IMG/VR virus record: IMGVR_UViG_3300043446_003867
Span: 25,082 to 89,081 of that record
DNA length: 64,000 nt
Strand: one strand, 5' to 3'
DNA from: a virus
Part shown: positions 1 to 8,425 of the stretch, one piece after another
Layout of the letters: every line of letters starts with the position of its first letter
Numbering within the stretch: position 1 is the first letter of the stretch
Translations under genes and position numbers: made by a program
The notes under the pieces: generated by a model
The model's input: only the letters and a program-made list of their open reading frames with translations
Database searches by the model: none
What the model was told of the DNA's origin: nothing

Positions 1-47
1 CGCAGACGAGCGTTGGCTTTACTCGCGCGCGTGAGGATGGGGGGCCG

Positions 48-488
48 GTGTTCACAATCGGTGTGACGCCGATCGTAGGCGACGAGTTGCGCCACGTATT
101 CTTGGGCGGCAGCGATGGCGTGACGTGGACGGAACAGCAGCGAACGTTGAGCGGGCAGTGGGTGGCTGCGATTTCGCGATTGCTGCGGCACGAGGGTGCG
201 CGTGGGAAATTGCTCGTGGGAATCGGCGACGCGTTGAAACTCCATGTGTTCGGGACGCCTGCGCACATGCGGGTGATGCAGTTGGTCGCGAGCAGGCAGT
301 ACCGCGCGGTGGGCGTCTACCTTGCGTTGGCAGTCAACGCGGACGCGGCGGCGTTGCGCGTGGCGAACTTTGCGGGCTGGGATGCGGGCCGTATGATGGA
401 AGCGGCGGCGATGGCGGGTCCGTGGCCGGAGACGTTTGCAGTGCGGATCCCGCGCATTCGCGCGGCACTAGAGCGAGAGGGTTGGTAA
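48..488 (+). CDS. Hypothetical protein
   Basis: 146-aa ORF whose TAA overlaps the next ATG (TAATG at 486-490). Confidence 0.5.
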   Translation: MFTIGVTPIVGDELRHVFLGGSDGVTWTEQQRTLSGQWVAAISRLLRHEGARGKLLVGIGDALKLHVFGTPAHMRVMQLVASRQYRAVGVYLALAVNADAAALRVANFAGWDAGRMMEAAAMAGPWPETFAVRIPRIRAALEREGW

Positions 489-1060
489 TGTCGGGGCGGC
501 ACAACGGCGGTGGAGAACCGAACAAGCGCGGCGAGAGTCGCATCGTGACGATGGAACAGCGCAGGGAGCGACTGGACCTGATCGAACAACTGATGGTGCG
601 CGGAGTCGGTGCGACGAAGATCGAGAAGGCGTGTGCCGAGAAGTTCGGGATGCCGCGCAGCACGGTGTTGAAGTACATGGAGAGGCTGCGCGAGCAGTGG
701 GCAGAAGAGGAACGCGTTACACGCCCGACCAATAAAGCGACGGCGCAGCGGCGGCTCTACCAACACATTCAGAAGGCGCGCGAGGCGGATAACTGGGCGG
801 CGGTTGCGTCGTTGGAGCGCCTGCTGTCGGATATCCAAGGCACGAAGGAGGCAACGGAGGTGAACGTGAACCTCGAAGCCATGTCGCGAGAAGCGACGCT
901 GCACGTCATCGCGAACATCACGCCGGAGATGCGTGAGAAGATCCTGGGTGAGCAGCGGCGGCTTCGAGAGCTGGCGGCGAAGATCGATACGAGCGCGATG
1001 ATTCCCGTGGTGACGCCGGAAGAAGTGCTCGCACCGAGCGAATCTTCAGAGGACGAATAA
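488..1060 (+). CDS. Putative terminase small subunit / HTH DNA-binding protein
   Basis: ATG at 488; N-terminal HTH-like segment (LIEQLMVRGVGATKIEKACAEKFGMPRSTVLKYM), helical body and TEVNVN tail reminiscent of TerS; inference only. Confidence 0.4.
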   Translation: MSGRHNGGGEPNKRGESRIVTMEQRRERLDLIEQLMVRGVGATKIEKACAEKFGMPRSTVLKYMERLREQWAEEERVTRPTNKATAQRRLYQHIQKAREADNWAAVASLERLLSDIQGTKEATEVNVNLEAMSREATLHVIANITPEMREKILGEQRRLRELAAKIDTSAMIPVVTPEEVLAPSESSEDE

Positions 1061-1086
1061 AAAACACCGCGCTGGTCGATTTCGAC

Positions 1087-1115
1087 TGGCGCGGTTTTGG
1101 GTTTTGGTTTACGTT
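1087..1115 (+). promoter_or_regulatory. Array promoter copy 1
   Basis: TGGCGC-N17-TACGTT, then hairpin GGGTTCG-A-CGAGCCC. Confidence 0.75.
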
Positions 1116-1159
1116 CTGCATGTGGGTTCGACGAGCCCCGAAGGAAAAGGCAGAGAACG

Positions 1160-1375
1160 ATGGCGAAGAAGAACGAAATCCGAGAAATGAACGGCTTCCA
1201 GGTCGGCGAGATCGTTCGCGGCCCCGTGGTCGGTGTCTTCAAGATCGTCGAATTCGCGGAGATGGCTGGGGAGATGCGGGCGATGCTGCGCCTCGCGGCG
1301 ATCGTGAATGGCGAGGTGATCGTGAGCCGCGCGAAGTCGGCGCTGCTGCCCTCGGAGCTTCGCAAGCTCGCGTGA
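1160..1375 (+). CDS. Small hypothetical protein (cassette 1)
   Basis: ATG 1160 after AAGGAAAAGG leader of repeat module; MAKKNEIRE... Confidence 0.75.
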   Translation: MAKKNEIREMNGFQVGEIVRGPVVGVFKIVEFAEMAGEMRAMLRLAAIVNGEVIVSRAKSALLPSELRKLA

Positions 1376-1411
1376 GGCGATAAAAAATCTCAAACTCGCG
1401 TCGATTTTTAC

Positions 1412-1440
1412 TGGTGCGGGTTTGGGTTTCGGTTTATGGT
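1412..1440 (+). promoter_or_regulatory. Array promoter copy 2
   Basis: TGGTGC-N17-TATGGT, then perfect hairpin TCGGTCA-A-TGACCGA (1448-1462). Confidence 0.75.
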
Positions 1441-1479
1441 CTGCTCATCGGTCAATGACCGACAACGAGGAGAACGACA

Positions 1480-1854
1480 ATGGGACGGATGATCAACTTT
1501 CAGGAATACCTCGCGATCAACCACGTCGCTTCTGGTCCCGTGGTCGTGGACAACAACTACGGCGTACCGTGCCACAAGTGCGGCATCCGTATTAACCGCA
1601 GCGCGATCTGGCGGCACCTTCGCGCGGGCAAGCCCGGCGGGTGCGCGTATGTCTCGCCCGAGGAGGCGCGTGGTTACGTTGCCGGTGTCGCGTGTCAGCC
1701 CGCGGACGAGCCGGCGGGCGACCGGTCGGCGGTGCTCCAGTGGCGCAAGGGCTACAAGCGCGGGAAGGAAGATCGTATGCAGATGCTTCGACTCGGGAAG
1801 CGGGAAGCTCTCGTGAGCGTTTACGCGCGCTGCAAAGCGGCCCTTGGGTGCTGA
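1480..1854 (+). CDS. Hypothetical protein with CxxC...H possible Zn finger (cassette 2)
   Basis: GAGGAG RBS; CHKC...WRHL...C. Confidence 0.7.
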   Translation: MGRMINFQEYLAINHVASGPVVVDNNYGVPCHKCGIRINRSAIWRHLRAGKPGGCAYVSPEEARGYVAGVACQPADEPAGDRSAVLQWRKGYKRGKEDRMQMLRLGKREALVSVYARCKAALGC

Positions 1855-1861
1855 TCGCGAA

Positions 1862-1900
1862 GAACTCCTCTCGGAAAAAAAACGAGAGGGGTTCGATTTT
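1862..1900 (+). terminator. Putative intrinsic terminator fused to promoter copy 3
   Basis: GAACTCCTCTCG / A-rich loop / CGAGAGGGGTTC then GATTTT. Confidence 0.6.
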
Positions 1901-1903
1901 GAC

Positions 1904-1932
1904 TAGCGTGGGTTCGGGTTTCGGTTTATGAT
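1904..1932 (+). promoter_or_regulatory. Array promoter copy 3
   Basis: TAGCGT-N17-TATGAT. Confidence 0.75.
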
Positions 1933-1977
1933 GACTGTGTTGGGTCAATGAGCCCACGAAGAGAGAGGCAGAAGACG

Positions 1978-2370
1978 ATGAACAACGAACTCAATTCCCG
2001 TGCGTTCAACGCGTGGTCACTCCTCGCGGAGTTCCACTTCAGCGCGGAACAGGTCCGGATGATCGTGCAGGCGGTGGCGCACTTGTCGTTCGAACAGCAG
2101 GTGAAACTGGCGGTGGCGCTCTACGACATCGGGATGCGTGCGGAGTTCCTTCACGAAGAGGAGCGGTCGCTCGCGAAGCGGGTGGCGTATCTGGCGAGCA
2201 AGCAGGGGTCGATCGCGAACGACATCGCGGCGATTCAGTCGATCGCGAAGTCGATCGAGGATCTTCGTGCGCGATACAAGGCGGCGAGCGAGAAGTTTCA
2301 TCAAATGGCGAATTTCGCCGAGGTGAAACTTGCTCCCGAAATGTTCCCCGCGGACTTCGGTCGGATCTGA
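1978..2370 (+). CDS. Hypothetical helical/coiled-coil protein (cassette 3)
   Basis: ATG 1978 after module leader GAGAGGCAGAAGACG. Confidence 0.75.
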   Translation: MNNELNSRAFNAWSLLAEFHFSAEQVRMIVQAVAHLSFEQQVKLAVALYDIGMRAEFLHEEERSLAKRVAYLASKQGSIANDIAAIQSIAKSIEDLRARYKAASEKFHQMANFAEVKLAPEMFPADFGRI

Positions 2371-2487
2371 GCGGGGGCGCCATGTTCATCGCGGATTGCT
2401 GCCACGGGTGGATCAATCTCGGCCTTTGCGCCCTCGCGGCGTACGCGGGCCATCGCTTTCAAATGTTCGTGAACCCGGAGAATTGAG

Positions 2488-2664
2488 ATGAGAACGACGA
2501 TGCACAAGGACGGTTCGATCACGTATTGGAGCGTCCACCGCCAGCAGTGGGTTCGCCGCTCGCGCGGTGTCGACTTCGCGGATCTCGTCGCGATGCCCGA
2601 AAAGCTGCGCCTGCGCGTGCAGCGTCATATCGCACGACACACCCTCAAGGAGTGCGCGCCGTGA
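2488..2664 (+). CDS. Small hypothetical protein (58 aa, below ORF-track cutoff)
   Basis: GGAG RBS at ~2477; MRTTMHKDGSITYWSVHRQQW...ECAP*; stop overlaps next GTG (GTGA). Confidence 0.65.
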   Translation: MRTTMHKDGSITYWSVHRQQWVRRSRGVDFADLVAMPEKLRLRVQRHIARHTLKECAP

Positions 2665-2858
2665 GCCTTCGAATCGCGCTTTGGGTCGATCGTGTGAGCG
2701 ATCCAACCGACCCGGTGTGGATCGTTTCGCTGGAGGACGACGATAGCAGCGAGACGCTGCGCGTCTGCCCGTTCAATGAGGCGGGCGAGCGTACGGCGCG
2801 CAAGGTCGCGAAGCAGGCGGCGACCCGTCGCGGGATCCCGCTTCAGGTGGAGTCGTGA
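2661..2858 (+). CDS. Small hypothetical protein
   Basis: AAGGAG RBS, GTG start, GTGA overlaps with both neighbours. Confidence 0.6.
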   Translation: MSLRIALWVDRVSDPTDPVWIVSLEDDDSSETLRVCPFNEAGERTARKVAKQAATRRGIPLQVES

Positions 2859-3145
2859 AGGCGTTCCGGCTCTCGCAGGCGGTCGTCGATCACATTGCCG
2901 AAGACTTCGATCCGGCTGACGACGTGGTCGGCGACGAGGAGTACCTGCAACGTGCGCGGGTGCTTCGCGCGCTCATCGCGGGCGAAGCGGTGGAGCGGGC
3001 ATCCGCGGTTCGCGCGCTCCACGAAGCGGCGAACGCGTGCGACGATCGGCTCGTCGAAGGGAAGCTCGACGGGTACGAGCGGCAGCACCAAGCGCGAATG
3101 CGCGATGCTCTCACTGCGGCGGCGTATCGGTACGCGGCGCGGTAA
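2855..3145 (+). CDS. Hypothetical protein
   Basis: GGAG RBS, GTGA coupling to upstream ORF. Confidence 0.6.
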   Translation: MKAFRLSQAVVDHIAEDFDPADDVVGDEEYLQRARVLRALIAGEAVERASAVRALHEAANACDDRLVEGKLDGYERQHQARMRDALTAAAYRYAAR

Positions 3146-3733
3146 TCACTCGACAACTCGGCGTTCCTGCATCCACGTCCACAACGATGCGCCCCAAAAG
3201 GCGTAGCCCTCGGGGGTCGCGTGGATGCCGTCATTTTGGCGCGCGATCACGATGCGCGTGGAGTCGAAGGCGATCGGCGACAGCATAACGGCGCGCTGGA
3301 CGGCGTGCCGGACGGGATAGCGGACGGGAAGCGTCGGAGGGCTGATCCACACGAGCACGGCGTCGGCGTGGTTCGCGGCGGCTTGAAGTTCGCTGATCCT
3401 GGCGTCGATGTTTGCCGCGTCGCCGACAACTGCGTCGTTGGTTCCGAGGCTGACGAGCACGAGCGAAGGCTTGGTGCGCGCAAGGAGATTGCGCAAGACG
3501 GCGGGCCAGTGGACGACGCGCGAGCCGCGAACGGCGACCGTCGTCCACTCGTAACCGGCTCGCTCGGCGATGCGTTGAAGATGGGGACCAAAGCCTTCGG
3601 CGTGCGAGTCGCCGATCAATAGGATGCGCTCACCTCGACGAACGGCGGCGGCGTGGCAGTCAAACTCAAGTTCCGCGGAAGTTTTGCGAGAGGTCGACGC
3701 GAGTAGGGAGAGGGCGAGCAGAAGCGAGCGCAT
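3146..3733 (-). CDS. SGNH/GDSL-family hydrolase (esterase/lipase) with probable signal peptide
   Basis: Blocks ILLIGDSH, GSR, SLGTND, DGIH; N-terminus MRSLLLALSLLA. Confidence 0.85.
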   Translation of the reverse strand: MRSLLLALSLLASTSRKTSAELEFDCHAAAVRRGERILLIGDSHAEGFGPHLQRIAERAGYEWTTVAVRGSRVVHWPAVLRNLLARTKPSLVLVSLGTNDAVVGDAANIDARISELQAAANHADAVLVWISPPTLPVRYPVRHAVQRAVMLSPIAFDSTRIVIARQNDGIHATPEGYAFWGASLWTWMQERRVVE

Positions 3734-3750
3734 CGCGCTACGCTGCACGC

Positions 3751-4470
3751 ATGACCGTCGACGAGCAAGTCATCGACGGGGGGCCATGGACCTGCGACGA
3801 TGCGGGCACCTGCAAGCGCTTACTTTTCCGTATGTATTGGCAGCCGGTGGACGAGGCCGGCAACGTGGTGGAAAACGAGTGGGAGCACTCACAGGCGCGC
3901 GCGCGACGGGAGGCGATCGCGAAGCCGAAGCAGACCGAGAAGAGGCCCGAAGTGAAGATCGAACAGGTTGAGGAAGCGCACGCGGCACCCGCACACGAAA
4001 CGCGCGCGCAAGTTCCCGACGCACCGGCGGCGGCGCCGGTAGCACAGATCGCCGTTCCATCCCCTGCAACGGCGGCGCACGAGGTTGCAGGGCTGATGCC
4101 CGCTGGAGGGGCGGCGAACGGCATCACAGTCGTTCTCGCCGCGATCGCCGTGCTCGGTGGTGGGGCTGGGTGGAAGTTCTATTCGCAATGGGCGAAGCAG
4201 AAGCACGAGGAACGGATGGCCGAGATCGAGCGCGGCGCGCGCGTCGACGACGATGGCAAGAAGCGTTGCGAGGGGCACGCACAAGAAAGTCGCGTGGCAG
4301 TCGCGAACGTCGACGCGAAGGTCGAAGCGTTGACTCAGCGCATCGCATCGCTGGAGGCGCGTAACTCGGACACGGCGGCAATCTCGTTTGGAGAGAACGT
4401 CGAGGACCGACTCGTGAAGATTGAAAAGGCGTTGAAGGCTGCAAAGCGACGTGCGACGACGGCGCGATGA
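3751..4470 (+). CDS. Membrane protein with one TM helix and C-terminal coiled coil
   Basis: ITVVLAAIAVLGGGAGWKFY TM segment; heptad-like VDAKVEALTQRIASLE. Confidence 0.7.
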   Translation: MTVDEQVIDGGPWTCDDAGTCKRLLFRMYWQPVDEAGNVVENEWEHSQARARREAIAKPKQTEKRPEVKIEQVEEAHAAPAHETRAQVPDAPAAAPVAQIAVPSPATAAHEVAGLMPAGGAANGITVVLAAIAVLGGGAGWKFYSQWAKQKHEERMAEIERGARVDDDGKKRCEGHAQESRVAVANVDAKVEALTQRIASLEARNSDTAAISFGENVEDRLVKIEKALKAAKRRATTAR

Positions 4471-5378
4471 CTCGCGAGCGCCTGCTGACGATTGCACTGG
4501 TGATCGGCGCCGTCGCTCTGGGCGGCGCCGTTTGGTTTCAGCGTCGAGAGATCCGCCGGCTCCGCGCCGACGTCGAGCAGAAGGACGGAGAGATTCGGCG
4601 TCTCGGTGCCGGCATCGTCGTCGTGCGCGAAGTGAAGGGCGATCCGGCGACGGTGCTCGTGGCCGCGGAGCGCGCTGGGTTCGATGTTGCCACGCTCAGG
4701 GCAGACTTGGATGATCACGGAATGGTGCTCAGGGGGGTCTTAAACGCGTCCGCGAGCACGCAAGGTGGCGTGACCCCACCACACGAAGGAAAGCCCCTCG
4801 GCGGGTCGGCTACGGGCTCGCAAACGAGCATCGAGGAACGCGCGGGTGACGGCGTCGTGCCGTGGGGCCGAGCGGTGTACGATCCTGCGCAGGCGAAACC
4901 GTGGACGGTGGAGCAGTACCCGAGGACGTACTCCGCGGGCGTCGCGCTCGCGGAGCGGGAAGACGGATCGCAGTTCGCTTACGTGACGATGGGGATCGAG
5001 TCGCAGGGCTCGCGCGTGAAGCTGGAGCCCTCGGCTGTTGAGCTGACGACGACGCCGGAGCCCTCGCGCTGGCGATGGGGCGCGTGGCCGTTGCTGACGC
5101 TAGACGCCGGTTTACGGGCAGGTTCGTTCGAGTGGTTTCCGGGCGTGGCAGTCGCGTTCGCGACGCGAGGAACGCGCGCTGGAGCGCCGGAATGGACCTT
5201 CCTCGCGGCGGGGCTCGCGTACGGAATCGAAGGGCGCCGCGCGGCGTTGTCGTTCGCGCCGGTGAGTTACACGCTCCGCGATCTTCTCCCGGTACGAAGC
5301 ACGAGCGTCGGCCCGGCAATCTTCGTCGACGAACGCGCGGAACTCACGTACGCGGTCGGCTTGCGCGTGGTTTTCTGA
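4467..5378 (+). CDS. Membrane-anchored protein with coiled coil and C-terminal amphipathic beta strands
   Basis: N-terminal TM LLTIALVIGAVALGGAVWF; ATGA overlap with upstream gene; ends YAVGLRVVF. Confidence 0.75.
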   Translation: MTRERLLTIALVIGAVALGGAVWFQRREIRRLRADVEQKDGEIRRLGAGIVVVREVKGDPATVLVAAERAGFDVATLRADLDDHGMVLRGVLNASASTQGGVTPPHEGKPLGGSATGSQTSIEERAGDGVVPWGRAVYDPAQAKPWTVEQYPRTYSAGVALAEREDGSQFAYVTMGIESQGSRVKLEPSAVELTTTPEPSRWRWGAWPLLTLDAGLRAGSFEWFPGVAVAFATRGTRAGAPEWTFLAAGLAYGIEGRRAALSFAPVSYTLRDLLPVRSTSVGPAIFVDERAELTYAVGLRVVF

Positions 5379-5427
5379 GAGGATTCGCGCGAGAAAAAAA
5401 AAAACGACACGGTGTGTCGATTCTCAC

Positions 5428-5456
5428 TGGCGCGGTTTTGGGTTTTGGTTTACGGT
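5428..5456 (+). promoter_or_regulatory. Array promoter copy 4
   Basis: TGGCGC-N17-TACGGT. Confidence 0.75.
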
Positions 5457-5501
5457 GACTGTGTTGGGTCAATGAGCCCACAAGGAGAGAGGCAGAAGAC
5501 A

Positions 5502-5795
5502 ATGGCGATGTTCAAAGTTCTCTACGCGAAGAAAATCGATCTTCCTCGTCGGGCGCCCGTCGTTTTTGACTCGTGGTTCGATACCATCGGCGACGTCGAG
5601 GCGAATTCCACCGAAGGCGTGTTCGAGTACATGAACACCGAAGGGCCTAGCAAGTTCAACGTGCGATCGATGATGGTCGGCGACGTCGTGATCGCTGACG
5701 ATGGCGCGTGGCGTTGCGAGCCGGCTGGTTGGTGTCTGGTCGATATCCTGAGCACCGCCGAGCTGATTCCTCGGTTCGTAGGAAAAACCGCCTGA
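5502..5795 (+). CDS. YodL-like domain protein (cassette 4)
   Basis: EGVFEYMN...RSMMVGDVVI...AWRCEPAGW resembles the YodL signature (SLSVSDVV...YYVD..GF). Confidence 0.55.
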   Translation: MAMFKVLYAKKIDLPRRAPVVFDSWFDTIGDVEANSTEGVFEYMNTEGPSKFNVRSMMVGDVVIADDGAWRCEPAGWCLVDILSTAELIPRFVGKTA

Positions 5796-5848
5796 TCGGC
5801 GCGTCGGGATTCTCAGAGAAAAAAAAACGAACCCGCGTCGATTTCGAC

Positions 5849-5877
5849 TGGCGCGGGTTCGGGTTTCGGTTTATGGT
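5849..5877 (+). promoter_or_regulatory. Array promoter copy 5
   Basis: TGGCGC-N17-TATGGT. Confidence 0.75.
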
Positions 5878-5919
5878 CTGCATGTGGGTTCGATGAGCCC
5901 CAAGGAAAGGCAGAAGACG

Positions 5920-6072
5920 ATGAAGATCAGCAAAGCAGAACTCGCCGTTGTCCGTAAGATCGCCGCCGCCATGAAGGCGAAAGACGCGGTGGCGGCTGAG
6001 AAGCTGCTCCGGTCGCTTCGCCCCGAGATCCTGCCGGAACTGGCGGCGGTGATCCGGGAAATGATGGCGTGA
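5920..6072 (+). CDS. Small helical protein (cassette 5)
   Basis: ATG 5920 after module leader; 50 aa. Confidence 0.7.
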   Translation: MKISKAELAVVRKIAAAMKAKDAVAAEKLLRSLRPEILPELAAVIREMMA

Positions 6073-6097
6073 ATTGCTCAACGAAAGGGAGACGAAA

Positions 6098-6319
6098 ATG
6101 GCTCGTGATCTTGCAGTCGAGTTTGGTTCCTTCGCTGACGTGTGTGTGATCGTTCGCGCGTACAGCGATGCTGGGCGTCGCTTTCTGGCGCAGATGGCGG
6201 GTGTCGCGGCGGAGTACTACGCGCCCGTCGAGTCGATCGAATTGCGCAAGAGCGCGGCGCAGGACGTGTGGAATCGCGCGGTCGATGCCGGCTTGGTGAT
6301 CGATTGCGTCGCGCGCTGA
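6098..6319 (+). CDS. Small hypothetical protein
   Basis: AGGGAG RBS then ATG 6098; followed by terminator. Confidence 0.7.
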   Translation: MARDLAVEFGSFADVCVIVRAYSDAGRRFLAQMAGVAAEYYAPVESIELRKSAAQDVWNRAVDAGLVIDCVAR

Positions 6320-6328
6320 CGGCGCGGG

Positions 6329-6364
6329 TGAGGCGGCGAAAAAAAAGACGCCGCCTCATTTTTT
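6329..6364 (+). terminator. Intrinsic terminator fused to promoter copy 6
   Basis: TGAGGCGGCG / A-rich loop / CGCCGCCTCA + T6. Confidence 0.8.
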
Positions 6365-6367
6365 GAC

Positions 6368-6396
6368 TAGCGCGGGTTCGGGTTTCGGTTTATGGT
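6368..6396 (+). promoter_or_regulatory. Array promoter copy 6
   Basis: TAGCGC-N17-TATGGT. Confidence 0.75.
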
Positions 6397-6441
6397 AGCT
6401 GCGTTGGGTCAATGAGCCCACGAAGAGAAAGGCAGACGACG

Positions 6442-6624
6442 ATGAGCGAGCGCGAAATCAAGATGCTGGCTGTGATCGAAGCGGCGAAGGAACTGGCCGA
6501 GGCGCACCATGAGGCGTTCCTCGCCGCGCCGTCGCGAGAGAACCGCGACAAGGCGCGGAAGGCGTCGTACGCGGTCCTTGACTGGATCGCTCGATACCGC
6601 GCGGAGTTCCTTTCCCGCGGTTGA
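6442..6624 (+). CDS. Small helical protein (cassette 6)
   Basis: ATG 6442 after module leader. Confidence 0.7.
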   Translation: MSEREIKMLAVIEAAKELAEAHHEAFLAAPSRENRDKARKASYAVLDWIARYRAEFLSRG

Positions 6625-6662
6625 GCGGTGAAAAAAAAAAACGAGTGGCGTCGTTTTTTGAC

Positions 6663-6691
6663 TGGCGCGGTTTTGGGTTTAGGGTTACGGT
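6663..6691 (+). promoter_or_regulatory. Array promoter copy 7
   Basis: TGGCGC-N17-TACGGT. Confidence 0.75.
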
Positions 6692-6736
6692 AGCTGTGTT
6701 GGGTCAATGAGCCCACGAAGAGAAAGGCAGACGACA

Positions 6737-7072
6737 ATGGCGTACATCAATAGCGAGAAGGTTGCGCAGATCCGGGCGTCGCTGAAGAAGGCGCTTCCTG
6801 AGTACAAGTTTTCCGTCCGGAAGAACTCGGGGAACCACGGTGTGACCGTGTCGATCATGGCGGGGCCGAAGCGGTTCGCAGCAGCGGATCACTCGCAGCT
6901 GAATCACTACCGCATCGAGTGGTACGAAAACGCAGACGTGCTCGAAAAGATCGTGGATATCGCGAACGACGGCAACCACGACAACTCGGAACCGCAGTTC
7001 GACTACTTCGACGTTGGCTGGTACATTCACCTGGAGCAAGGGCGCTGGAACCAGCCCTACGTCATGCAGTGA
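6737..7072 (+). CDS. LPD29-like (large polyvalent protein domain) small protein (cassette 7)
   Basis: IRASLKKALPEYKFSVR...VSIMAGP...DNSEPQFDYFDVGWY pattern recalled from the LPD29 family. Confidence 0.5.
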   Translation: MAYINSEKVAQIRASLKKALPEYKFSVRKNSGNHGVTVSIMAGPKRFAAADHSQLNHYRIEWYENADVLEKIVDIANDGNHDNSEPQFDYFDVGWYIHLEQGRWNQPYVMQ

Positions 7073-7077
7073 CGGTG

Positions 7078-7117
7078 AAGATCCCCCCTCGAAAAAAGCG
7101 ATGGGGGATCTTTTTTT
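7078..7117 (+). terminator. Intrinsic terminator fused to promoter copy 8
   Basis: AAGATCCCCC...GGGGGATCTT + T tract, A6 in loop. Confidence 0.8.
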
Positions 7118-7119
7118 GC

Positions 7120-7148
7120 TGGTTCGGTTTCGGGTTTGGGTTTATGGT
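7120..7148 (+). promoter_or_regulatory. Array promoter copy 8
   Basis: TGGTTC-N17-TATGGT. Confidence 0.75.
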
Positions 7149-7189
7149 CTGCTCATCGGTGAACGACGCCGACAACGAGGAGAAAGAAA

Positions 7190-7453
7190 ATGGCTCACGC
7201 AATCGAATCCTTCGCCGCTGAATCCGTCGCTGCCAAGCGTCCCGCGCAGTTGCGCGACAGCAACAACAAGCAGTTCATCGCGACCCGCTTCGACCGCATG
7301 TGCCAGTGCGGGCATCCCGCGAGCGTTCACTCGGCGAAGCAGATCGTGGTCGAGGGGCGCAAGATGCGTGAGTGCTTCTGTGCGGACTTCGATGAGTCGG
7401 TGGAGCCCTGCGAATGCGAACTCTTCAAGGCTGCGAAGAAGAAGGCGGCGTGA
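7190..7453 (+). CDS. Small Cys/His-rich (probable Zn-binding) protein (cassette 8)
   Basis: CQCGH...H...C...CECELF; GAGGAG RBS. Confidence 0.75.
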   Translation: MAHAIESFAAESVAAKRPAQLRDSNNKQFIATRFDRMCQCGHPASVHSAKQIVVEGRKMRECFCADFDESVEPCECELFKAAKKKAA

Positions 7454-7459
7454 TCGGGA

Positions 7460-7495
7460 AGCCCTCTCGAAAAAAAGCGAGGGGGCTCTTTTTTT
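7460..7495 (+). terminator. Intrinsic terminator fused to promoter copy 9
   Basis: AGCCCTCTCG / A7G loop / CGAGGGGGCT + CT7. Confidence 0.8.
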
Positions 7496-7497
7496 AC

Positions 7498-7526
7498 TGG
7501 CGAGGGTTCGGGTTTCGGGTTACGTT
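7498..7526 (+). promoter_or_regulatory. Array promoter copy 9
   Basis: TGGCGA-N17-TACGTT; hairpin TCGATC-AAGG-GATCGA. Confidence 0.75.
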
Positions 7527-7568
7527 CTGCTCATCGATCAAGGGATCGACAACGAGAAGGAGACGACA

Positions 7569-7862
7569 ATGAACGCGATGGTGACCATCCAACAGCTCTG
7601 CGGCGGCAACGGCAACCGGCTCGTGGCGATGATCGGCGCGCACTCGTTCTTGGCGGGGAAGAACGAACTCCACTTCCAATTCAAGGGATCCCGCGCGGCG
7701 AATCGGGTGAAGATCGAACTCAACGCGTTCGATCTCTACGATGTTACTTTCTTCGCGGGCCGTGGCGTCAACGTGCGCGAGGTGGAGCGGATCTCGAATG
7801 TTCCCGCTGAGAATCTTCGGCGCGTGTTCGTCGGTTTCACTGGACTCGACGTTTCGCTCTGA
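7569..7862 (+). CDS. Conserved phage hypothetical protein (cassette 9)
   Basis: AAGGAG RBS; QQLCGG..RLVAMIGA...DLYDVTF...FTGL resembles a common small phage family. Confidence 0.75.
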   Translation: MNAMVTIQQLCGGNGNRLVAMIGAHSFLAGKNELHFQFKGSRAANRVKIELNAFDLYDVTFFAGRGVNVREVERISNVPAENLRRVFVGFTGLDVSL

Positions 7863-7913
7863 TCCGAGGGGATCGGGGGTGGAAAAAAAAAACGAACCCA
7901 CGTCGATTTCGAC

Positions 7914-7942
7914 TGGCGTGGGTTCGGGTTTCGGTTTATGGT
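7914..7942 (+). promoter_or_regulatory. Array promoter copy 10
   Basis: TGGCGT-N17-TATGGT. Confidence 0.75.
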
Positions 7943-7985
7943 CTGCTCATCGGTCAACGGGCCGACAACGAAAAGGCAGAAGACA

Positions 7986-8177
7986 ATGAAGATCGAACAG
8001 ATTCCCGCGGAGATGAAGAAGGCGATCGCGAAGGACATGGCGGCGATTCGTGAGGCGTTCGAACTGGCGGAGGCGAGCTACGACGCGGAGCTGATGGCTC
8101 GCGCGGTGCGCGCGTACGGTCGGCTGTGCGACATGTGCGCGGAGTTCGGTCTGCCCTGCCCCGCTGTCATTTGCTGA
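7986..8177 (+). CDS. Small helical protein (cassette 10)
   Basis: ATG 7986 after module leader. Confidence 0.7.
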   Translation: MKIEQIPAEMKKAIAKDMAAIREAFELAEASYDAELMARAVRAYGRLCDMCAEFGLPCPAVIC

Positions 8178-8189
8178 AGGAGAACTGAC

Positions 8190-8381
8190 ATGAGACTGCC
8201 AAACGTCATCGCACTTTCGACTGTTGCAGATCTGCTGGACGCGTCTCGCTCGCGCCTCTCTTTCGAGGCGGTCAACGAGCTGGAGTGTCTTCCCGAGGCG
8301 TGGACTGTTCGCAAGGCGTGGTCCTCGTTGTCGCGCGATACGCGTGCAGCGATCCGCGCGTCGCAGGTAGTCGCGGGCTGA
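8190..8381 (+). CDS. Small hypothetical protein
   Basis: AAGGAG RBS; followed by terminator. Confidence 0.65.
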   Translation: MRLPNVIALSTVADLLDASRSRLSFEAVNELECLPEAWTVRKAWSSLSRDTRAAIRASQVVAG

Positions 8382-8388
8382 TGCTGGA

Positions 8389-8423
8389 AGCCCTCTCGAA
8401 AAAACGAGGGGGCTCTTTTTTTT
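8389..8423 (+). terminator. Intrinsic terminator fused to promoter copy 11
   Basis: AGCCCTCTCG / A6 / CGAGGGGGCT + CT8 (near-identical to 7460-7495). Confidence 0.8.
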
Positions 8424-8425
8424 AC

